A DNA stretch of 61,426 bases, filler included, from 7 parts of 7 records of this genome joined end to end with filler, not necessarily neighbours in it, one strand, 5' to 3'. Shown: positions 12,968 through 24,562, counted from the first letter of the whole stretch. Notes: generated from the letters alone by a model not told the origin. Program-made: numbers and translations.

Positions 12968-13204
12968 GCGGTGCTGGCAGACCGCCGAAATAGACCCGGA
13001 AATGTTTGATATTGGGGACTTCCGCTGGTGATAAAGTAGTTGACACGGCGGAATATATGCAGTAAGAATTTTGAGCTATTGTGAATGGCCATTCATTTTT
13101 ATTGATGATAATCATTCACGTTGATACATGATTTTGTGCGTATGGTTTTCATTCCTTCGGGGATGTTTGTTTTTTTTATTTCTGCAAATCGGGAGCATAA
13201 CAAC

Positions 13205-13629
13205 ATGGTCACAATTGACATCACAATGGTGATTCAGATGATAAACATGGTAGTACTCATGTTTTTGCTCAACAAGGTTCTTTACAAACCGGTAAAGAAA
13301 ATCCTTAAAGAGCGGTCTGAAAAGATGCAGGGAATGCAGAGTGATGTGGCGAAGTTCGAAGAAAACGCCCGTCTGCGCCAGGAAGAGGTAGATGCCAAGA
13401 TGTCCAGGGCCTCAGGCAAGGCCAAGGCGGCACTCGATGCGGCCAGGGCAGAAGCACAAACTGCAGGCGACGAGAAAATGGCGTCGATCAAGGCGGAAGT
13501 TGACGACTACAAAGAGAAACAGTTGGCGGACATCGACAAACAGATTGGCGACGCTCAGAAAGAGCTGAAGGACAATCTTGGCGGGTTTGCCACGGATATG
13601 GCCAGCAAGATTCTGGGAGGGCTCTGTGA
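13205..13629 (+). CDS. ATP synthase F0 subunit b' (frameshift near 13616)
   Basis: MVTIDITMVIQMIN TM segment then coiled coil; restoring one G gives KILGRAL-TGA; GGGAG RBS. Confidence 0.88.
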
Positions 13630-13631
13630 TC

Positions 13632-14326
13632 ATGGATACAATCAGGCATATAACCAGACTGTTCATGCTGGTCGCGGCACTGTGTTTCGCAGTGTCCATC
13701 GCCACCGTTTCAGTCTACGCATCATCACCGTCTGCGGATACACATGCAGCGACCGCTGAACAGGCAACTGATGCAGCCCACGGAGCCGCTGACGCCGCTC
13801 ATGCGGAGGACCACGGAGACGGGCACGGTGAGGGAAGCCTTTCGCCGGCGAAGCTGAAAGACCTTTTCTGGAGGGTGCTCAACTTTGCGGCGTTGATGAT
13901 CATCCTGGTGAAATTCGGGGCGAAGCCGATCGCATCTGCACTTGGCAGCCGACAGGAATCGGTCAAAAATGAGCTCGAAGAACTCGAGACCCGCAAGGCT
14001 GAGGCCGAGAAGCAGTATCGCGAGTTCGAGGCGAAGCTCGCGACGGTGGAAAAAGATATCGATACAATCGTCGAGAAGGCGGTTGCGCAGGCAGAGGTCG
14101 AAAAGACCAAGATCCTCGAGAAAGCCGAAGCCGCTGTTGAAGATATGAAACGCCAGGCGGAACAGGCTATCCAGAACGAGATTGTCGAAGCGCGACGCAC
14201 CCTCAAAGATGAGGTTGCCGACCAGGCAACGGTGATGGCCGAAGAACTGATCGTCAAGAACCTGACGCCTGAAGACCAGGTCAAGATCATCGAGAACTAT
14301 TTAGATAAAGTGGGGCCGTACAGTGA
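13632..14326 (+). CDS. atpF: ATP synthase F0 subunit b (frameshift near 14313)
   Basis: DLFWRVLNF TM segment and coiled coil; corrected end YLDKVGAVQ-TGA overlaps the atpH GTG. Confidence 0.88.
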
Positions 14327-14868
14327 AACAGACCATCCTCGCCAAACGTTATGCCAAAGCGCTGTTCGCGATAGGTAAGGAAGACGGGAAGTACGAAGCC
14401 TACAGCGAGGCCTTGAAAGCGGTCGCCGGGCTTTTCGAGACCAACCCGGAAGTGGAAGACGCGCTGACCAATCCCCTCTATCCGGTCGATGTCAGGGAAA
14501 AGGCCATGGCATCAATTGTCCAGTCGATGGACGCCGATAAAGTCATGGGCAACTTCCTGAATCTGCTCGTGGAAAAGAAGCGGGCGGTGATTCTTCCGGA
14601 GATTGCCGAAGAATTCCAGGTCATGGTCGATGAAGATCGGAACATCTGTCATGGCACGGTGATTTCAGCCGTTGAGTTGGATGCCGAATTGCAAAGCAAA
14701 ATACAGGCTACTTTAGAAAATATAACGGGTAAAAAGGTTGAGCTGACTGCATCGGTCGATCCTTCCATCATCGGCGGTATGACTGCCAAGGTCGGGGATC
14801 TGGTTCTGGACGGCAGCATCAGGACTCAGCTTGCAAGTTTAAAAGGTTCCATTAAGGGGAGAGAATAG
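14323..14868 (+). CDS. atpH: ATP synthase F1 subunit delta
   Basis: AKRYAKAL and VDPSIIGG..DGS motifs; operon position. Confidence 0.95.
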   Translation: MKQTILAKRYAKALFAIGKEDGKYEAYSEALKAVAGLFETNPEVEDALTNPLYPVDVREKAMASIVQSMDADKVMGNFLNLLVEKKRAVILPEIAEEFQVMVDEDRNICHGTVISAVELDAELQSKIQATLENITGKKVELTASVDPSIIGGMTAKVGDLVLDGSIRTQLASLKGSIKGRE

Positions 14869-14898
14869 ATGCAGATCAAAGCCGAAGAAATCAGCCAG
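14869..14898 (+). CDS. atpA: ATP synthase F1 subunit alpha, first 10 codons (cut by contig edge)
   Basis: MQIKAEEISQ directly after atpH. Confidence 0.85.
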
Positions 14899-14998
14899 NN
14901 NNNNNNNNNNNNNNNNNNNNNNNNNNNNNNNNNNNNNNNNNNTTAATTAATTAANNNNNNNNNNNNNNNNNNNNNNNNNNNNNNNNNNNNNNNNNNNN
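14899..14998. other. Artificial contig linker
   Basis: N44-TTAATTAATTAA-N44. Confidence 0.98.
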
Positions 14999-17360
14999 AA
15001 AAAATTTCGTCCTGGTTCTGCTGTAACAAGTCCCCGATTTGTGGACAGATGATTTCGATAGGCTTTATTGGACAGGTTTTCAATGCCCAGGAGGACGCGA
15101 TTATTCAAATTAAAAAGTTTAAAAGGCATTAGATTCAGATAAAAATCAATTATGCTGTAACCGGGCGTTTCCATTTCCCAATCGGCAATCCTGTCTTGCT
15201 CGAGGAAGGACGTGAGAGAAAGATCAAATGTAAAGTAATGATTTAGCATCCCATGCAGGCCAAATCGTCCATTAAAGGGAGGTATTAATGGTAAGGATTT
15301 ATCCGTTAACGTGTCCTGACCTTTGACATAAGCCGCGTTGGCAAAGAGACTGAAATGAGCATTTAATGGTACATCTGCCTGAAGATCAAATCCATACAGT
15401 CTCGCCTTACCAACATTGGATTTTTTCATGGCATTTCTGCCCTCAAAAGTAGCAGGTGTTTCAATAACCAGATCATTAAGGTTATTTATAAAAACGTTAC
15501 CTACAAATGAAACGGAGGGAGCCCATAAACGAAAGCCGAAATCTCCGGAAAGGGATTTCTCAGGCTGCAAATTGGGATCGCCGATTTTAACCAGATTTCC
15601 CAGGTCAATATACTGGTAGCGTTCACCTAAATAAGGCGAGCGAAAAGACCTGGAAACATTCATGGTCATGTCAAAATTTTCAAAAGTATGATATAATAGT
15701 CCAATATTCCCGCTCCAGGATTGATCATCTGCATTCGTCGTTTCCCACAAAACAACCTGATTTGCCGGTGTATTGTTTTGGACACCATTGGTAATATCAT
15801 AAAGAGGATTGAGTACTTGCTCATTATCGACAGTTATTTTGTCAAATCGTCCACCCGTGGTTAGATATAATTTTTTGTCTAAAAGTGGCAACTCGTTTTG
15901 AATAAAAAATCCCATGCTTTGATAAGTCGAGTTTGGAAGAGGAAGCTCACCAATTGTCTTGTTTATACTTTTCATAACAGAATTGTCTACAGGACTTAAC
16001 ACATCAATGCGCATCTGTTTTGTCCTTTGACCTTCATACTCTTTTTGCCAGATATCAACTCCGGCAATCAGCAGGTCATTTTGACCTAAAACCCAGTCTG
16101 TCTGAAATTGAAATCCATGTGTATCGTGAGTTGCTGAAGGTAATACTTTTAAAACATTTGTTACCTTGGCAGGTTGCGTGTCCGTTGCCGGTATGTTTTT
16201 GACAATATGGGGTATATTTTCAACATCTCTTAATATGGATTGATCAAAATATTTAAAGGACAGTTTGGATAGGGAACCCGACAGATTTTTGATGGAATAG
16301 GTTGCGCTTTTTAATTCCCTTTTTTCTTCAGGATACCTAACATCCGCTACTGATGGAAAAAGTGTATTACCCCAGGAATACCCACATCCGTGGCTGAATA
16401 TCTCTGATAGTTGAGCAGTAATTCTTGATTTTTAAATAATTTAATGCCGGACTTTAAAGATATATTATCATCCTGGTATTGACTGTTATGTAGGGTACCG
16501 TCAGGTGTCTTTGTGTTGTCTGCGTCACGAACCATTCCGCTTAATTTGACGTACCAGTGTTTTGAGCCTATATTTGCGATTAAATGTCCATCCGTAGATT
16601 CATTAACGGAATTATATCCACCAATGAGTGTGCTTTTTGCATAGGTATTATCACTATACCAACCGTCTTTTGTAATGATATTGACCACGCCGCCAACCGC
16701 TCCGGTGCCATAAAGGGAGGAGGCAGCTCCTTTAACAACTTCAACTCTTTGAATATCATCAACAGCAACCATAGAAAGCCCGGCAGCCAAATCTGTCGAT
16801 GTATCTATTCGATTTCCATCTACAAGTGTGACAATATTGTTTCTGCTCATACCCCGAATCGTTACATGCGTCCCCCATATACCATCTCTGGCAAGTGATA
16901 TGCCAGATTCTGTACTGAGAATATCTGAAACAGTAGTGGGCATTCTACTGGCAATTTTATCTGATTGAATGATACCAAGAGGGAGTGCCAGGTCTTTAAC
17001 GCGCTTTTTATATTTTGTGCTGGTTACAACCACCTCTTTTAAAGGTACTGTTGTTGGTTTGAGAAAAATAGTCAGCTCAACAGTTTTGTTTTCCTCAATA
17101 TTAACAAATAGTTGTTTGGTCTGAAATCCAATATGAGAAGCAACAAGTAAAACTTTACCTGAAGGCATATTATTGATCTCAAATTCGCCTCGAGCATTTG
17201 TTGTTGTGCCTATGGACGGATTTTTGATTACAATATTAACGCCTCTGAGGTCGGTTTGATGAGTGTCTGTCATCACTTTTCCTGTGATTTGACCAGCGTT
17301 TGCAAAAGTAGTAATGCTTGAAGCGATTAAGAGAGCCAAAACCATGATGAGATGTTTCAT
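14999..17360 (-). CDS. TonB-dependent receptor with N-terminal carboxypeptidase-regulatory-like domain (frameshift near 16370; last codons cut)
   Basis: Signal peptide, plug motif RVEVVKGAASSLYG, GDPNLQPE and C-terminal EPGRNF; 16015-16370 is open in the C-terminal frame, so one G restores a single gene. Confidence 0.9.
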
Positions 17361-17398
17361 TGTAGTATCCGAAAATTTTAAAGTGAAAGTGATTTATT

Positions 17399-19381
17399 TT
17401 AAAAAATCAGAGAGCCAATAACCCGGCCAATTAGGGCGACAATAAACGCTATAATGGTCGTTAAAATGACGACAAAGGCTGTTCTGCGATAATTGATTTC
17501 CTTTATTAATATTCCAATGGTAGCCAGACATGGAATGTAAAAGACTACGAATAGTGTGAATACAAGTATTTGAGTGGAGCTCATGACAGATTGAATATCG
17601 GTTGTACCTAATGCCTGAATCAACATGAGCATTGATAATTCTTTTCTCAATATTCCAAAGATAAGAGTTGTTCCTACCACAGCAGGTAATCCTAGGACAT
17701 ATGTTACCGGAGAGAAAAGAGTATTGATATATGAATCAAAGTGATACCATTCGGCGAGGCTTAAAATAAGGCTGCCAGCAATTAAGAGTGGCCATGCGAT
17801 GATGATAAAATCCTTCATGCGGAGCCATGTTTTGGAAAGGATGACACGAAAATTTGGAACCTGATAGGCAGGTATCTCTAACACCATGCCGGGTGTATCC
17901 TCAGGTAATATTTTTGCCATAATTGATCCGGCAATGGAAATAACAAAAATGTTTAATATATAAATGGCCAGAGCAGCTGTGCCACCAAGATAAAATCCCA
18001 CCAAACCAAAAATGACAGTCATTCTGGCCGAACAAGGGATAAGAACGCTTACAACTGAGGCAATATATCTGTCGCGGGGGCTTGATAGTATCCTTGTTGC
18101 CATGACGGCAGGGACACTACAGCCATATCCGAGCAATCCCGGGATTACTGCTGTTCCATGCAGACCGATTTTATGCATAAATCGATCCATTAAAAACGCG
18201 ATCCGTGGCAGGTAGCCGACGTCTTCAATAAGAGCCATGCCTATCAGAAAGGGGACAAGATAGGGTAATACGATCGCAATACCTCCGGATAATCCCTGAA
18301 TAAATCCGTTTAATAGAGTATATAAAAGGGTCTCCTGTGAAAGAGTGCCTGTGATATTTAGTAAAGTTGTATTAATAAAATTAAGAAGAGGCCCCTCTGT
18401 CATTTCACCAAATTTGAATATGATATTAAAAAAGGTATATAAAAATAATCCCATGATTATATAGCCCCACACCGGATGCATGAGGAGGTCATCCAGGTTG
18501 TCACGGCGGGATTTTTTAGCATGTTTTACTTGTGATACTTTTTCAAACAAATTCATCGACAGGGAATGACGCTCTGATGAAATGACGGCATCAGCGGGTT
18601 GTCCATGTGCCTCGGATAATTGTTTCTGACTTTTTTTGATTATTTTGTCAAGTTTTGAATTGTTGTCTGAAACCTGGCTTACAAAAAAAGGATCATTTTC
18701 TAATAATTTTATCGCTAAAAGTCGTTTTTCATGGGTGATTTTGTTATTAATGTTTTTTTCGAGTTTTAAAGAGAGATCGGAAATTGTGTCCTCAACGTGC
18801 TTGCTCATAAAAATGGGTTCAGGGAGTTTTTTACCCTTTATCGTTTTGAAAGTTTCTGAGAACAGTTCTTTAATGCCTTGTCCCTTGGAACCAATGGTTT
18901 CTACAACAGGTATTTTTAAAATGTCAGATAATTTATTGACATCGATAGTGATACCTTTTCTTGTAGCTTCGTCTACCATATTGAGACAGAGGATAATGGG
19001 AAGATTTAATTCCAAAAGTTGAAGAGTTAATTCTAAACTCCGACTTAAAAGTGAGGCATCAACAATGTTTAAGAGGGCATCAATTGGCTTGTTGAGAAGA
19101 TATTTTTTTGCTTCTTCAGCTGCCGGGTCCAGAGACGTAAGTGAATAAATTCCGGGCAAATCCACAAGATCGCATGTTTGGTTACTAATACTAATGTGGC
19201 TTTGAGTAAAAGTAACAGTCGCTCCTGGAAAATTTGTTGAAATAGATTTGTAACCGGCTACTTTGTTGAATATGGTACTTTTTCCACAGTTTGGCTGACC
19301 TATCAAAACGATGTTTGGGTGCTCAAAAGTGGTTAAAATATTTGTTGATTTCTCGTCATCCGTATGAGCATCATTCAACAT
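17399..19381 (-). CDS. feoB: Ferrous iron transporter FeoB
   Basis: GQPNCGKS, NFPGATV and DLPG G-motifs; GYGCSVPA and IPCSAR gate motifs. Confidence 0.95.
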   Translation of the reverse strand: MLNDAHTDDEKSTNILTTFEHPNIVLIGQPNCGKSTIFNKVAGYKSISTNFPGATVTFTQSHISISNQTCDLVDLPGIYSLTSLDPAAEEAKKYLLNKPIDALLNIVDASLLSRSLELTLQLLELNLPIILCLNMVDEATRKGITIDVNKLSDILKIPVVETIGSKGQGIKELFSETFKTIKGKKLPEPIFMSKHVEDTISDLSLKLEKNINNKITHEKRLLAIKLLENDPFFVSQVSDNNSKLDKIIKKSQKQLSEAHGQPADAVISSERHSLSMNLFEKVSQVKHAKKSRRDNLDDLLMHPVWGYIIMGLFLYTFFNIIFKFGEMTEGPLLNFINTTLLNITGTLSQETLLYTLLNGFIQGLSGGIAIVLPYLVPFLIGMALIEDVGYLPRIAFLMDRFMHKIGLHGTAVIPGLLGYGCSVPAVMATRILSSPRDRYIASVVSVLIPCSARMTVIFGLVGFYLGGTAALAIYILNIFVISIAGSIMAKILPEDTPGMVLEIPAYQVPNFRVILSKTWLRMKDFIIIAWPLLIAGSLILSLAEWYHFDSYINTLFSPVTYVLGLPAVVGTTLIFGILRKELSMLMLIQALGTTDIQSVMSSTQILVFTLFVVFYIPCLATIGILIKEINYRRTAFVVILTTIIAFIVALIGRVIGSLIF

Positions 19382-19640
19382 GGTTATAAATTTCCACTTT
19401 AATTTTTTCAGCCATACCTTGCCCTATCGCAATACGGGTATTATTAAAATGTATCAGAGTCGGTCCACCAAGTGTTCCTGCCCGAATAATTTGAATTGTA
19501 TCACCAATGTGAAGGCCAAGCTGAATAATACTTTGTCTTAATCCCCATCCACCATCAATATCCATGATTCTGGCAAAGTTATGAGGTGGTACTCTGTTTA
19601 GCGTCTTTACAAGACTTTGATTCTTGCGTTCCATAATCAT
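19371..19640 (-). CDS. feoA: FeoA family protein (start uncertain; frame open to 19709)
   Basis: LGLHIG..RIAIGQGMAEKIKVE SH3-like FeoA pattern; overlaps the feoB start. Confidence 0.85.
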   Translation of the reverse strand: MIMERKNQSLVKTLNRVPPHNFARIMDIDGGWGLRQSIIQLGLHIGDTIQIIRAGTLGGPTLIHFNNTRIAIGQGMAEKIKVEIYNHVE

Positions 19641-19709
19641 ATAAGAAAATAATAGTGAAAAATCATGAATATATTTATTTAGTACAATCCGAACACTCGT
19701 CTGGTCCAT

Positions 19710-20140
19710 TTACTTTTTTTGACAATTTTTAAAATTGTTGATGGTATCAATATTACCATCAGGGCGTTCTTCAAAAAATTGAACAAATCGAATAAATGCA
19801 TCCAACGTTACATTGCTGACATGGTGTTCAAGGATACAGGCATCCTCATCAGCTAATGATTCTTCAATTCCAAGAATGAATGTTAAAAACTTTTTAATCG
19901 CCACATGTTTGTGTTCCAGATCCATAGCTAAAGTTTGTCCCTGATCTGTCAAACTGACATAGCCATACTGCTCATGGCGAATGAGATTTTTAATAATTGG
20001 TTGAGCGCGAGTGAGACGCTGGATCGGGTAACACCTCGGCGCTCAGCAATATCTTTAACACGTGCAACCTTATTATCTCGAACAAGGTCGCCAATGATTT
20101 CGATGTATTCCTGCGTAGTTTTGTCCTGACTCAGGCTCAT
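19710..20140 (-). CDS. DtxR/MntR-family metal-dependent regulator (frameshift near 19988)
   Basis: QEYIEII, ARVKDIA..GVTRSSVS; the corrected frame gives HEQYGYVSLT, then H..IKKFL and DACILEH metal ligands. Confidence 0.88.
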
Positions 20141-20154
20141 ATTGTTCCTTAAAG

Positions 20155-20187
20155 TTTGAAAGATAAAACATTGTTTGATCTTTCAAA
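20155..20187. promoter_or_regulatory. Candidate DtxR/MntR operator palindrome
   Basis: TTTGAAAGATAAAACA-T-TGTTTGATCTTTCAAA, 15 of 16 bp symmetric, just upstream of the regulator RBS. Confidence 0.6.
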
Positions 20188-20263
20188 AAAGATATTAAAT
20201 TAATTTGTTAAAATCAATAAAATTTGTTATCAGATATAGTCAATTGTCTACAAGACATAAATC

Positions 20264-20292
20264 TTGACTAAATACTATTGAATAGGTATATT
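20264..20292 (+). promoter_or_regulatory. Sigma70-like promoter for tdh-kbl
   Basis: TTGACT-17 nt-TATATT. Confidence 0.55.
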
Positions 20293-20416
20293 TCATCGGA
20301 TGTTGTAAAAATCAAATCGGGGAGCATGAAAAATGTAACAAAATCTATCCTTTTCAGTAATATATATCTGATTAAATATCCGGATAATTTTAAATTTCCA
20401 AATTAAAGGGACCGAA

Positions 20417-21445
20417 ATGAAAATGAAAGCATTAGTAAAAAAATATCCTAAAGAAGGATTATGGCTGGATGAAGTTCCCTTACCAACATATGGAAATAAT
20501 GATCTTTTGGTTAAAATAATCAAGACATCCATATGTGGCACAGATCTTCACATTTACAATTGGGATGAATGGGCACAACGAACGATAAAAACACCTATGG
20601 TAATCGGTCATGAATTTGTAGGAGAGGTTGTTGAAAAAGGTGAGAATGTTGCGGGTTACAAGATAGGGGATAGGGTCTCTGGTGAAGGTCATATTGTGTG
20701 CGGTGTCTGCCGTAGTTGTCGTGCTGGCAGAAGGCACCTCTGTACCAATACAATCGGTATTGGAGTTAATAGAAATGGCTGCTTTGCCGAATTCCTGTGC
20801 CTGCCTGCATCAAATGCCTGGCATGTACATCCCAGCATATCGTCGGATGTGGCATCCTATTTTGATCCATTTGGAAATGCAACACATTGCGCCTTGTCTT
20901 TTAATCTTGTTGGTGAAGATGTCCTGATTACCGGAGCAGGAGCTATCGGTATTATGGCTGCTGCGATTGCAAAACATACCGGAGCCAGAAATGTTGTTAT
21001 AACGGATGTAAATGAATATCGTTTGGATCTGGCCAGGAAAGTGGGTGTTACAAAAGCTATAAATGTCAGTAAAACATCGATTGAAGAGGCTCGGGTTCAG
21101 CTGGATATGATCGGATTTGATATCGGCATGGAAATGTCAGGAAATGCTGTTGCGTTTGAATCTATGCTGGAAAATATGCATCATGGTGGAAGAATAGCCT
21201 TGTTGGGTATTTTACCCAGAATGGCAAATATTGATTGGGACCAGGTTATTTTTAAAGGACTGGTTATCAAGGGTATCTATGGTAGAGAGATGTTTGAAAC
21301 CTGGTATAAAATGCAAACCATGCTACAAAGTGGAATTGATATTACTCCTGTTTTGACACATAAATTCCAATTCGAGGATTTTCAAAAGGGCTTTGATATC
21401 ATGAAGTCTGGTCAATGTGGTAAAGTTGTACTTGAATTTAATTAA
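20417..21445 (+). CDS. tdh: L-threonine 3-dehydrogenase
   Basis: [22 protein letters not shown], structural Zn CxxCxxC and [11 protein letters not shown]; adjacent to kbl. Confidence 0.97.
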   Translation: MKMKALVKKYPKEGLWLDEVPLPTYGNNDLLVKIIKTSICGTDLHIYNWDEWAQRTIKTPMVIGHEFVGEVVEKGENVAGYKIGDRVSGEGHIVCGVCRSCRAGRRHLCTNTIGIGVNRNGCFAEFLCLPASNAWHVHPSISSDVASYFDPFGNATHCALSFNLVGEDVLITGAGAIGIMAAAIAKHTGARNVVITDVNEYRLDLARKVGVTKAINVSKTSIEEARVQLDMIGFDIGMEMSGNAVAFESMLENMHHGGRIALLGILPRMANIDWDQVIFKGLVIKGIYGREMFETWYKMQTMLQSGIDITPVLTHKFQFEDFQKGFDIMKSGQCGKVVLEFN

Positions 21446-21509
21446 AGCAGTTTTTTAATTGACATAGTTATGCAAAGTGGGTAATTCTTTCAAGACATCC
21501 GGAGGTTTT

Positions 21510-22700
21510 ATGTACGGACAAATAAAAAATGATATGATTGAGAATATTAAAGCCATACGAAATGATGGTTTATATAAAGAAGAACGCGCTATTGAAGGCC
21601 CACAAGGGGCTGTTATAGAAGTAAAAGGGGGTAATAAAGTATTGAATTTCTGTGCTAACAATTACCTGGGACTATCAAGCCACCCAAAGGTCATTGAAGC
21701 AGCTCACAAAGCTTTGGATGAGTGGGGATATGGATTATCATCTGTGAGATTTATATGCGGAACACAAAAGATCCATAAGGAACTGGAAGATAACGTGTCC
21801 ACATTTTTGGGTACAGAAGATACAATACTCTACGCTGCTTGTTTTGATGCCAATGGTGGTGTTTTCGAACCATTTTTTGATAAAGAATGCGCAATATTGA
21901 CTGATAGTCTTAATCATGCTTCGATTATCGATGGTATTCGCATGACAAAAGCCCAACGATATATCTATCAGCATGCAGACATGCAGGATCTGGAAGAAAA
22001 ATTAATAAAAGCCAGTCAGGCAAAATACAGAGTGATTGCCACTGATGGGGTATTTTCAATGGATGGGGATATTGCGAAACTGGACAAGATATGCGAGTTA
22101 GCACAAAAATATGATTCACTCGTACTGGTCGATGATAGTCACGCTACCGGTTTTATAGGCAAGAAGGGCAGAGGGACACCTGAGTATTTTAATGTCCAAT
22201 CAAAGGTTGATCTGGTAACAACGACGTTCGGAAAAGCTTTGGGAGGAGCGTCCGGTGGTTGTGTGAGTGGCAGAAAAGAGCTCATTGAATTTTTACGGCA
22301 AAAAAGTCGCCCTTATTTATTTTCAAACACTCTTTCACCCATCATTGTCAGTGGGACGATCGCGGTATTGGATTTATTATCCAGGACTACCGAATTGCGC
22401 GACCGATTGGAAGATAATACACAGTATTTTAGGGAGAAAATGACTAAAGTTGGATTTGATATCACTCCCGGGATTCACCCTATTGTACCGATAATGTTAT
22501 ACGATGAGCCCTTAGCGCATTTGATGGCAGACAAGTTGCTTGAAGAAGGTATTTATGTGATTGGATTTAGTTATCCTGTTGTGCCAAAAGGTTTGGCACG
22601 AATCAGAGTACAGATTTCTGCCGGGCATGATAGGCAACAGCTGGATGAAACGATTCATGCATTTGAAAAGATTGGTAAAGAATTGAACGTCCTGAAATGA
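21510..22700 (+). CDS. kbl: Glycine C-acetyltransferase (2-amino-3-ketobutyrate CoA ligase)
   Basis: NFCANNYLGL, SSVRFICGTQ, DGVFSMDG, GKALGGA and RPYLFSN; ATG after GGAGG. Confidence 0.96.
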   Translation: MYGQIKNDMIENIKAIRNDGLYKEERAIEGPQGAVIEVKGGNKVLNFCANNYLGLSSHPKVIEAAHKALDEWGYGLSSVRFICGTQKIHKELEDNVSTFLGTEDTILYAACFDANGGVFEPFFDKECAILTDSLNHASIIDGIRMTKAQRYIYQHADMQDLEEKLIKASQAKYRVIATDGVFSMDGDIAKLDKICELAQKYDSLVLVDDSHATGFIGKKGRGTPEYFNVQSKVDLVTTTFGKALGGASGGCVSGRKELIEFLRQKSRPYLFSNTLSPIIVSGTIAVLDLLSRTTELRDRLEDNTQYFREKMTKVGFDITPGIHPIVPIMLYDEPLAHLMADKLLEEGIYVIGFSYPVVPKGLARIRVQISAGHDRQQLDETIHAFEKIGKELNVLK

Positions 22701-22825
22701 AAGAGCAGAGTTTGATTTAATTAAAAGACAGTTTTTATGCTATTATAAAGTTTTTCAGGTGTGAAATGGTAATAGAACCTTTTATTTCATAACCCGGGAG
22801 GCAATTAAATTACAAAGGTAATGTT

Positions 22826-24562
22826 ATGCAAAAGAAGAGACGTCGATTTCACGGGCTTCCTGTTTCACCGGGTATCGCGGTAGGTCACGTTTGTTTAATA
22901 GGATTACACCAAAAAGCTGATAAAACTCATATCAAACACAAAAATATCCAATCAGAGCTTGAACAATTAAAAGATATACTTGTAAAAACAAGAAAAGAAA
23001 TTGAAGCGATCCGCTCAAAAGTAGACTCAGAGCTTGGCCGCAAGGAAGCCGAAATATTTGATTTACAAATATTAATGACCAAAGATCCTTATTTTTTTGG
23101 TCAGATAGAGCATAAAGTGGCTGTGGAATTGAAAAATATCGCATGGGCCATTGAAGAAACAATGGAAGAATCCATGCGATTATTACAGCAGACAGATGAT
23201 CCTTATTTGCGCGAGCGGTATCAGGATCTTCAGGATGTGGGGACCAGAATATTAAATAATCTTTTTGATACACAAGCGGAATGTATACTTGATGAACATG
23301 ATGATATCATTATCGCGGCAGAAAATTTGGTTCCATCTCAAACAGTTCATTTAAGAACGGATCGTATTCGTGGTTTTATCACTGAAAAGGGAGGTGCAAC
23401 CGGACACGCTGCCATTTTAGCGCGATCCCTTGGTGTACCATTGGTATCGGGATTAATCAATCTCACGGATGTCATTTATACTGGAGCCAATGCGATTGTT
23501 GATGGCTATCGCGGTGATGTATTCATTAACCCGCCTGAAGACAGAATTAAAAGATATCGATACATCATTGAAACAACACGTCGTCGCGAAAAAGAAGCGG
23601 AAAAACTGGCGTTACTTCCCTCTGTTACAAAAGATAAAACTCATATCCATTTATTAGCCAATATAGGTACTCATGAAGATATTGAAAATGCGAAAAAAGT
23701 GGGTTCTGAAGGCGTTGGTCTTTACCGGACGGAATTGCATTTTATGAGTAAAAATGAGTATGCGGATGAGGAAAGTCAATATCAGGATTATCGTGCTATT
23801 GCAGAAAAAAATTACCCCAATCCGGTTACCATTCGCACTCTTGATTTGGGTGGTGATAAATTCTTGAGCGGAACTCCGTCAACACGGGATCCAAATCCTT
23901 ACCTGGGTTTGCGTGCTATACGAATTTCTTTACAACATCCGGATATATTCAAAGTACAGTTACGTGCTATATTACGGGCAGCTGTTTTGGGCAATATTAA
24001 ACTATTACTTCCTATGATTTCAAGTATTGAAGAGGTCCTTGAGGTTAAGAAATTGATGCGATCGGTAATCAACGAGTTGGAGAAAGAGCACATTGAACAT
24101 AATGCAAAACTTCCTGTCGGAGTTATGGTTGAAATTCCTTCTACTGCTATTAATATTCATTCTTTTTTAAAAGAGGTCGATTTTGTAAGCGTTGGTACCA
24201 ATGATCTGATTCAATACACCCTTGCTGTAGACAGGGGTAATGAAAAGGTGAGTGCTCTTTATCAGCCCTTCCATCCATCCATCCTGACCTTGTTAGAAAA
24301 AGTTGGAAAAACAGCGCAAAAAATGGGCAAAGAGGCAAGTGTGTGCGGAGAAATTGCTGGTGATCCTTTGTATACAGAGCTATTGCTTGGATTTGGCTAC
24401 AGACACCTGAGTATGAGCACACCATTTATCCTGGGTGTCAAGATGCGCGTTAAGAATATTAATATCAAAGAAGCTGAAAAAGTGGCTGCACACGCTCTTG
24501 AGTTTAGTAAATGCTCGGAAATAAGAAATTTTGTGGAACGTCAAATACATAAAACGGTTTAA
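22826..24562 (+). CDS. ptsI: PEP-protein phosphotransferase, PTS enzyme I
   Basis: GGATGHAAILARS phospho-His site, GVGLYRTE, NPYLGLRAIR and GTNDLIQY. Confidence 0.93.
   Translation: MQKKRRRFHGLPVSPGIAVGHVCLIGLHQKADKTHIKHKNIQSELEQLKDILVKTRKEIEAIRSKVDSELGRKEAEIFDLQILMTKDPYFFGQIEHKVAVELKNIAWAIEETMEESMRLLQQTDDPYLRERYQDLQDVGTRILNNLFDTQAECILDEHDDIIIAAENLVPSQTVHLRTDRIRGFITEKGGATGHAAILARSLGVPLVSGLINLTDVIYTGANAIVDGYRGDVFINPPEDRIKRYRYIIETTRRREKEAEKLALLPSVTKDKTHIHLLANIGTHEDIENAKKVGSEGVGLYRTELHFMSKNEYADEESQYQDYRAIAEKNYPNPVTIRTLDLGGDKFLSGTPSTRDPNPYLGLRAIRISLQHPDIFKVQLRAILRAAVLGNIKLLLPMISSIEEVLEVKKLMRSVINELEKEHIEHNAKLPVGVMVEIPSTAINIHSFLKEVDFVSVGTNDLIQYTLAVDRGNEKVSALYQPFHPSILTLLEKVGKTAQKMGKEASVCGEIAGDPLYTELLLGFGYRHLSMSTPFILGVKMRVKNINIKEAEKVAAHALEFSKCSEIRNFVERQIHKTV

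Noticed and set aside
13040..13069. TTGACA promoter for the atp operon
   Set aside because: The -35 is perfect but there is no convincing -10 at 16-18 nt spacing
13121..14378. Long overlaps among the atp b', b and delta ORFs
   Set aside because: Explained by missing G bases in G runs near 13616 and 14313
22826..24562. ptsI without neighbouring PTS genes, with TGH instead of TSH
   Set aside because: The phospho-His is retained and dispersed PTS genes are common
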